A stretch of 64,000 bases of DNA. Source: Eledone cirrhosa. Its lineage: Eukaryota. The translations under genes and the position numbers were made by a program. The stretch spans positions 105,586,001 through 105,650,000 of the forward strand of contig OZ024744.1 in the NCBI GenBank assembly GCA_964016885.1, read 5' to 3'. A model generated the notes under the pieces. The model ran no database searches, was not told the DNA's origin, and was given only the letters and a program-made list of their open reading frames with translations. Below are positions 53,801-64,000 of this stretch, one piece after another. Position 1 is the first letter of the stretch; each line of letters starts with the position of its first letter.

Positions 53801-56800
53801 ACCCACCATAGCATTATCTACCTACCATAGAATTATCTACCTACTGTAGAATTATCTACCTACCATAGAAATCTCTACCTACAGTTGAATTTTCTACCTA
53901 CCATTGAATTATCTACCCACCATAGAATTATCTTCCTACTAATAGAATTATCTACCTAGAGTAGAATTATCTACCTACCGTAGAATTATCTACCCACCAT
54001 AGAATTATCTACCTACAGTAGAGTTATCTACCCATCGTAGAATTATCTACCTACCATAGAATTATCTACCTACAGTAGAGTTATCTACCTACCATAGAAT
54101 TATCTAGATACAGTAGAGTTATCTACCTACCATAGAATTATCTACCTACAGTAGAGTTATCTACCCATCATTGAATTATCTACCTACTGTAGAATTATCT
54201 AACTAACAAAGAATTATCTACCTACAGTAGATTTATCTGCCCATCATAGAATTATCTACCTACCATAGAATTATCTATCTATCTACCATAGAATTATCTA
54301 CCTAACATAGGATTATCTACCTGCAATAGAATTATGAACCTGCAGTAGAATTATCTACATACCATCGAATTATCTACCTACCATAGAATTATCTACCTTG
54401 GATAAAATTATCTACCTACCATAGAATTATCTACCTACTGTAGAATTACCTATCTACCATAGAATTATCTACCTACGATAGAATTATCTACCTACTATAG
54501 AATTATCTAGCTACCATAGAATCAGTAGTGTTATATACCTACTGTAGAATTATCTACCCATCATAGAATTATCTAGCTACCATAAAATTATCTACCTACA
54601 GTAGAATTTTCTACCGACCATAGAATTATCTACCTACAGTAGAATTATATACCTACCATAGAATTATCTGTCTACCATAGAATTATCTACCTACAGTAGA
54701 ATTATCTACCTACTATAGAATTGTCAACCCACCATAGAAGTATCTACCTACAGTAGATTTATCTACCTACCATAGAATTATCTACCTACTGTAGAATTAT
54801 CTACCTACCATAAAATTATCAACCTACCATAGAATTATCTACCTGCCATAGAATTTTAAAGCTACCATAGAATTATCTACCTACCATAGAATCATCTACC
54901 TACCATATAATTATCTACCTACAGTAGAGCTATCTACCTACCATAGAATTATCTACCCACCATAGAATTTTCTACCTACCTCAGCATTATCTACCTGCAA
55001 TAGAATTATCTACCTACTGTAGAATTATCTACCTACCATAGAATTATCTACCTACCATTGGATTATCTACCTACCATAGAATTATCTACCTACCATAGAA
55101 TTATCTACCAACAGTAGAATTTTCTACCTACAGTAGAATTATCTACCTACCACTGAATTATCTACCCATCCTAGAATTATCTACCTCCAGTAGATTTATC
55201 TACCTACCATAGACTTATCTACCTACATTAGAATTATCTAGCTACCATAGAATTTTCTACCTACTGTAGAATTATCTACCCACCATAGAATTATCTACCT
55301 ACCATAGAATTATCTACCTACTGTAGAATTATCTACCTACCATAGAAATATCTACCTACAGTTGAATTATCTACCTACCATTGAATTATCTACCCACCAT
55401 AGAATTATCTACCTACAGTAGAATTATCTACCTACCATCGAATTATCTACCTACCATAGAATTATCTATCTACCATAGAATTATCTACCTTCCATAGAAT
55501 TATCTACCTGCAGTAGAATTATCTATCTACCATAGAATTATCTACCTACCATAAGATTATCTACCTACCATAGAATTATCTACCCACCATAGAATTATCT
55601 ACCTACTATAGAATTATCTAGCTACCATAGAATCATCTACCTACAGTAGTGTTATATACCTACTGTAGAATTATCTACCCATCATAGAATTATCTATCTA
55701 CCATAGCATTATCTACCTACCATAGAATTATCTACCTACCATATAATTATCTACCTACCATAGAATTATATACCTGCAGTAGAATTATCTACCCACCATA
55801 GAATTATCTACCTACCATAGAATTATCTAGCTACCATAGAATTATATACCTACAATAGAATTATCTACCTACCATAACATTATCTACCTACCATAGAATT
55901 ATCTACCTACAGTAGAATTATCTACCTGCCATAGAATTATCTACCTACTATAGAATTATCTACCCACCATAGAATTATCTACCTGCCATAGAATTATCTA
56001 CCTACCATAGAATTATCTACCTACCATAGAATTATCTACCTACTATAGAATTATCTACCTACCATAGAATTATCTACCTACCATAGAATTATCTACCCAC
56101 CATAGAATTATCTACCTGCCATAGAATTATCTCCCTACCATAGAATTATCTCCCTACCATAGAATCATCTACCTACCATAGAATCATCTACCTACCATAT
56201 AATTATCTACCTATAGTAGAATTATCTACCTACAGTAGAATTATCTACCTACCATAAAATTATCTACCTACCATAAAATTATCTATTATCATAGAATTAT
56301 CTACTTACCATAGAATTATCACCCTACCATAGAATCATGTACCTACCATAGAATTATCTAACTAAAGTAGAGTTATCTAGCTACAATAGAATTATCTAAC
56401 TACAGTAGAGTTACCTAGCTACCATAGAATTATCGCGATACAGTAGAGTTATATACCGACGATAGAATTATCTACCCACCATAGAATTATCTACCTACAG
56501 TAGAATTATCTACCTGCAGCAGAATTATCTACCTACCATAGAATTATCTACCTGCCATAGAATTATCTATCTACCATAGAATTATCTACTTACCATAGAA
56601 TTATCTCCCTACCTTAGAATTATCTCCCTACGATAGAATTATCTACCTACCATAGAATTATCTACCAGCAGTAGAATTACCTACCTACAATAGAATTATC
56701 TACGGACAGTAGAATTATCTACCTACGGTAGTGTTATATACCTACCATAGATTATCTATCTACCATAGAATTATCTACCCACCATAGAATTATCTACCTG

Positions 56801-59800
56801 CCATAGAATTATCTACCTGCCGTAGAATTATCTACCCACCATAGAATTATCTACCTACCATAGAATTATCTAGCTACCATAGAATTATCTACCTACAATA
56901 GAATTATCTTCCTACCATAACATTATCTACCCTCCATAGAATTATCTACCTACAGTAGAATTATCTACCTACTATAGAATTATCTACCTACCATAGAATT
57001 ATCTACCCACCATAGAATTATCTACCTCCCATAGAATTATCTACCTACCATAGAATTATCTACCTACCATAGAATTATCTACCTACCATAGAATTATCTA
57101 CCTTGAGTAAAATTATCTACCTACAGTGGAGTAATCTACCTACCGTAGAATTATCTACCTACCATAGAATTATCTGCCTGCAGTAGAATTCTCTACCAAC
57201 CATAGAATTATTTAGCTGCCATAAAATTATCAACCTACAGTTGAATTATCTACCTCCCATAGAATTATCTACCTACAGTAGAATTATCTACCCACCATAG
57301 AATTTTCTACCTACCTTAGCATAATCTACCTGCAGTAGAATTATCTACCTACTGTAGAATTATCTACCTACCATAGAATTATCTACCTACCATTGGATTA
57401 TCTACCTACCATAGAATTATCTTCCTACCATAGAATTATCTACCAACAGTAGAATTTTCTACCTATAGTAGAAGTATCTACCTACCACTGAATTATCTAC
57501 CTACAGTAGATTTATCTACCTACCATAGAATTATCTACCTACATTAGAATTATCTAGCTACCATAGAATTATCTACCTACTGTAGAATTATCTACCCACC
57601 ATAGAATTATCTACCTACCATAGAATTATCTACCTACTGTAGAATTATCTACCCACCATAGAATTATCTACCTACAGTAGAATTATCTACCTACCATAGA
57701 ATTATCTACCTACCATTGGATTATCTACCTACCATAGAATTATCTAGCTACCATAGAATTATCTACCTACCATAGATTTATCTACCTACTATAGAATTAT
57801 CTACCTACAGTAGAATTATCTACCTCCCATAGAATTATCTACCTCCCATAGAATTATCTACCTACCATAGAATTATCTACCTTCGATAGAATTATCTACC
57901 TACCATTGAATTATCTACCTACAGGAGATTTATCTATCTGTCATAGAATCATCTTGCTACCATAGAAATATCTACCTACCATAGAATTATCTACTTACCA
58001 TAGAATTATCTATCTACAGTAGAGTTATCTACCTACCATAGAATTATCTACCTACCATAGTTTTATCTACCTACAGTAGAATTATCTACCTACCATAGAA
58101 TTATCTGCCTTCAGTAGAATTATCTACCTATTGTAGAATTAGCTACCGACCATAGAATTATCTACCCACCATATAATTATCTACCTACCATAGAATTATC
58201 TATCTACAGTAGAATTATCTACCTGCCATTGAATTATCTACCTACAGTAGAATTATCTACCTACCATAGAATGATCTATCTACCATAGAATTATCTATCT
58301 ACCATAGAATTATCTCCCTACCATAGAATTATCTACCTACCATAGAATTATCTACCAGCAGTAGAATTATCTACCTACAATAGAATTATCTACGTACAGT
58401 AGAATTATCTACCTACAGTAGTGTTATATACCTACCATAGAATTATCTACCTACCATAGAATTATCTACCCACCATAGAATTATCTACCTGCCATAGAAT
58501 TATCTACCTACCATAGCATTATCTATTTACCATAGAATATCTATCTACCATAGAATTATTTATCTACCATAGAATTATCTACCTACCATAGAATTATCCA
58601 CCTGCCGTAGAATTATCTACCTGCAGTAGAATTATCTACCCACCATAGAATTATCTACCTACCATAGAATTATCTACCTACAATAGAATTATCTACCTAC
58701 CATAACATTATCTACCTACCATAGAATTATCTACCTACCGTAGAATTATCTACCTACCATAGAATTATCTACCAAAAATAGAATGATATACCTACCATAG
58801 AATTATCTACCCACCATAGAATTATCTACCTGCCATAGAATTATCTACCTACCATAGAATTATCTACCTACCATAGAATTATCTACCTACTATAGAATTA
58901 TCAACCTACCATAGAATTATCTCCCTACCATAGAATTATCTCCCTACCATAGAATTATCTCCCTACCATAGAATCATCTACCTACCATAGAATCATCTAC
59001 CTACCATAGAATTATCTACCTATAGTAGAATTATCTACCTACCGTAGAATTATCTACCTACCATAAAATTATCTCCCTACCATAGAATCATGTACCTACC
59101 ATAGAATTATCTAACTACAGTAGAGTTATCTAGCTACCATAGAATTATCTAACTACAGTAGAGTTATCTAGCTACCATAGAATTATCGCGATACAGTAGA
59201 GTTATCTAGCTACCATAGAATTATCGCGATACAGTAGAGTTATATACCTACTATAGAATTAACTACCGACCATAGAATGATCTACCCACAATAGAATTAT
59301 CTACCTATAGTAGAATTATCTACCTACATTAGAATTATCTACTTACCATAGAATTATCTACCTACAGTAGTGTTATCTACCTACTGTAGAATTATCTACC
59401 CACCATAGAATTATCTATCTACCATAGAATTATCTACTTACCATAGAATTATCTCCCTACCATAGAATTATCTACCTACCATAGAATTATCTACCAGCAG
59501 TAGAATTATCTACCTACAATAGAATTATCTACATACAGTAGAATTATCTACCTACAGTAATATTATATACCTACCATAGAATTATCTACCTACCATAGAA
59601 TTATGTACCTACCATAGAATTATCTACCCACCATAGAATTATCTACCCACCATAGAATTATCTACCTGCCATAGAATTATCTACCTACCATAGCACTATC
59701 TATCTACCATAGCATTATCTATCTACCATAGAATTATCTATCTACCATAGAGTTATCTACCTACGATAGAATTATCTACCTGCAGTAGAATTATCTACCC

Positions 59801-62800
59801 ACGATAGAATTATTTACCTACCATAGAATTATCTAGCTACCATAGAATTATCTACCTACAATAGAATTTATCTACCTACCATAACATTATCTACCTACCA
59901 TAGAATTATCTACCTACAGTAGAATTATCTATCTACTATAGAATTATCTACCTACCATAGAATTATCTACCCACCATTGAATTATCTACCTGCCATAGAA
60001 TTATCTACCTACCATAGAATTATCTACCTACCATAGAATTATCTACCTACTATAGAATTATCAACCTACAATAGAAATATCTATCTACCATAGAATTATC
60101 TCCCTACCATAGAATCATCTACCTACCATAGAATTATCTACCTATAGTAGAATTATCTACCTACAGTAGAATTAACTACCTACCATAAAATTATCTATCT
60201 ACCATAGAATTATCTACTTACCATAAAATTATCTCCCTACCATAGAATCATCTACCTACCATAGAATTATCTAACTACAGTAGAGTTATCTAGCTACCAT
60301 AGAATTAACTAACTACAGTAGAGTTATCTAGCTACCATAGAATTATCGCGATATAGTAGAGTTATATACCTACCATAGAATTAGCTACCGACCGTAGAAT
60401 TATCTACCCACCATAGAATTATCTACCTATAGTAGAGTTATCTACCTACAGTAGAATTATCTACTTACCATAGAATTATCTACCTACAGTAGTGTTATCT
60501 ACCTACTGTAGAATTATCTACCCACCATAGAATTATCTAGCTACCATAGAATTATCTACCTACAGTAGAGTTTTCTACCCACCATAGAATTATCTACCCA
60601 CCATAGAATTATCTAGCTACCATAGAATTTTCTACCTACAGTAGAGTTTTCTACCCACCAGAGAATTATCTACCCACCATAGAATTATCTACCTACAAGT
60701 AGAGTTATCTAACTACCATAGAATTATCTACCTACAGTAGAATTATCTACCCACCATAGAATTATCTACCTAGAGTAGAGTTATCTACCTAGAGTAGAGT
60801 TATCTACCTACTGCAGAATTATCTACCTACCATAGAATTATCTACCTACTGTAGAATTATCTACCTACCATAGAGTTCTCTACCTACAGTTGAATTATCC
60901 ACCTACCATTGTATTATCTACCCACCATAGAATTGTCTACCTACCATAAAACTATCTACCTACCATAGAATTATCTACCTGCAGTAGAGTTATCTACCCA
61001 TCATTAAATTATCTACCTTCCATAGAATTATTTAGCTACCATAAAATTATCAACCTACAGTTGAATTATCTACCTACAGTTGAATTATCTACCTACCTTA
61101 GCATTATCTACCTACTGTAGAATTATCTACCTACCATAGAATTATCTACCTACCATAGAATTATCTACCTACCATAGAATTATCTAGATACAGTAGAGTT
61201 ATCTATCTACCATAGAATTACCTACCCACAGTAGAGTTATCTACCTACCATAGAATTATCTACCTACTGTAGAATTATCTAACTAACATAAAATTATCTA
61301 CCTACAGTAGAATTATCTACCCACCATAGAATTATGTACCTACCATAGAATTATCTATCTACCATAGAATTATCTACCTAACATAGGATTATCTACCTGC
61401 AGTAGAATTATCTATCTACCATAGAATTATCTACCTACAGTAGAATCATCTATCTACCATAGAATTATCTACCCACCATAGAGTTATCTACCTACCATAG
61501 AACTATCTAGCTACCATAGAATTATCTACCTACAGTAGAATTATCTACCTGCAGTAGAATTATCTACCTACCATAGAATTATCTACCTACCATACAATTA
61601 TCTACCTACCACAGAATTATAAAGCTACCATAGAAGTATCTATCTACCATACAATTATTTACCTACTGTAGAGCTATTCAGCTACCATAGAACTATCTAG
61701 ATACAGTAGATTTATCTACCTACCATAGAATTATATACGTACATAGAATTATCTAGCTACCATAGAATTATCTACCTACTGTAGAATTATCTACCCACCA
61801 TAGAATTATCTACCCACCATAGAATTATCTACCTACAGTAGAATTATCTACCCACAATAGAATTATCTACGTACATAGAATTATCTATCTACCATAGAAT
61901 TATCTACCTAACTTAGGATTATCTACCTGCAATAGGATTATCTACCTGCAATAGAATTATCAACCTGCAGTAGAATTATCTACCTGCAATAGAATTATCT
62001 ACCTACCATCGAATTATCTACCTGCAGTAGAATTATCTACCTACCATAGAACTATCTACCTACCATCGAATTATCTACCTGCAGTAGAATTATCTACCTA
62101 CCATAGAATTATCTACCTGCGGTAGAATTATCAACCTACCATAGAATTATCTACCTAGCATAGAATCATCTACCTACCATAGAATTATCTACCTACTGTA
62201 GAGCTATCTAGCTACCATAGAATTATCTAGATACAGTAGATTTATCTACCTACCATAGAATTATCTACCTACATTAGAATTATCTAGCTACCATAGAATT
62301 ATCTACCTACTATAGAATTATCTACCCACCATAGAATTATCTACCCACCATAGAATTATCTACCTACAGTAGAATTATCTACCCACAATAGAATTATCTA
62401 CGTACCATAGAATTATCTATCTACCATAGAATTATCTACCTAACTTAGGATTATCTACCTGCAATAGGATTATCTACCTGCAATAGAATTATCAACCTGC
62501 AGTAGCATTATCTACCTGCAATAGAATTATCTACCTACCATCGAATTATCTACCTGCAGTAGAATTATCTACCTACCATAGAATTATCTAACTGCGGTAG
62601 AATTATCAACCTACCATGGAATCATCTACCTACCATAGAATTATCTACCTACAGTTTAATTATCTACCCACCATAGAATTTTCTACCTACAGTAGAATTA
62701 TCTACCTACCATAGAATTATCTACCTACCATAGAATTATCTACCTACAGTAGAATTATCTACCTACCATAGAATTATCTAGCTACCATAAAATTATCTAC

Positions 62801-64000
62801 CAACCATAGAAATATCTACCTACCATAGAATTATCTACCAACCATAGAAATATCTAGCTACCATAAAATTATCTACCTACCCTAGAATTATCTACCTATA
62901 GTAGAATTATCTACCTACCATAGAATTATCTACCTACTATACAATTATCTACCTACTGTAGAATTATCTACCTACCATAGAATTATCTACCTACAGTTGA
63001 ATTTTCTCCCTACAGTAGAATCATCTTCCTACCATAGAATTATCTATCTAGCATAGAATTATCTACCTGCAGTAGAATTATCTAGCTACCATAGAATTAT
63101 CTAGCTACCATAGAATTATCTACCTACCATAGAATTCTCTACATACAGTAGAGTTATCTACCTACCATAGAGTTATCTACCTACCATGGAATTAACTACC
63201 TACCATAGAATTATCTACCTGCCATAGAATTATCTATCTACTGTAGAAGTTTCTACCTGCCATAGAATTATCTACCTACAGTAGAATTACCTACCTCACA
63301 TAGAATTATATACCTACCATAGAATTATATACCTACAATAGAATTATCTACCTACTATAGAATTATCTACCTACAGTGGAAAAATCTACCTAACGTAGAA
63401 TTATCTGCCTATCATAGAATAATCTACCTGCAGTAGAATTATCTACCTACCATAGAATTATCTACCTGCACCAGAATTATCTACCTACTGTAGAATTAGC
63501 TACACACCATAGAATTAGCTACCCACTATAGAATTATCTACCTACTATAGAATTATCTACCTACCATAGAATTATCTACCTACAGTAGAGTTATCTACCG
63601 ACCATAAAATTAACTACCCACCATAGAATTATCTAGCTACAGTAGAATTATCTACCTACCATAGAATTATCTACCTACCATAGAATTATCTACCTACAAT
63701 AGAATTATCTACCCACCATTGAATTATCTACCTGCCATAGAATTATCTACCTGCCATAGAATTATCTACCTGCCATAGAATTATCTACCTACCATAGAAT
63801 TATCTACCTACCATAGAATTATCTACCTACCATAGAATTATCTAGATACAGTAGAGTTATCTATCTACCACAGAATTACCTACCCACAGTATAGTTATCT
63901 ACCTACCATAGAATTATCTACCTACTGTAGAATTATCTAACTAACATAAAATTATCTACCTACAGTAGAATTATCTACCCACCATAGAATTATCTACCTA
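38830..64000. repeat. 19-bp satellite DNA, more than 25 kb, about 1,300 units, consensus TAGAATTATCTACCTACCA
   Basis: Uninterrupted head-to-tail array to the window end; common variants of the 7-nt segment are cctacag, cctgcag, cccacca, cctactg and gctacca. Confidence 0.99.

Noticed and set aside
38830-64000. CRISPR-like repeat-spacer array
   Set aside because: The variable part is only 7 nt and consists of point variants of one sequence, not unique spacers; eukaryotic context and no cas genes.

Overview
Repeat-dominated, AT-rich eukaryotic DNA. The SINE, RTE and microsatellite content suggests a cephalopod (Octopus-like) genome; this is inference. No host protein-coding gene is supported: the long ORFs are microsatellite or minisatellite artefacts or decayed retroelement fragments. 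Positions 1-38.8 kb are a mosaic of decayed RTE LINEs, three tRNA-derived SINE families, at least two clades of Penelope-like elements (PLEs, RT + GIY-YIG) and piggyBac-, hAT- and Helitron-type non-autonomous elements, many nested in (TA)n tracts. From about 38.8 kb to the window end is a 19-bp satellite (about 1,300 units) with a palindromic core and higher-order structure. The most interesting signals are: several hammerhead-ribozyme (HHR) motifs from at least two families; a 400-bp palindrome with an HHR motif on each arm; a twice-occurring HHR-terminus + SINE composite; and a 60-bp minisatellite born inside a piggyBac MITE whose unexpanded sibling is in the same window. All calls were made by eye, without alignments or database searches.
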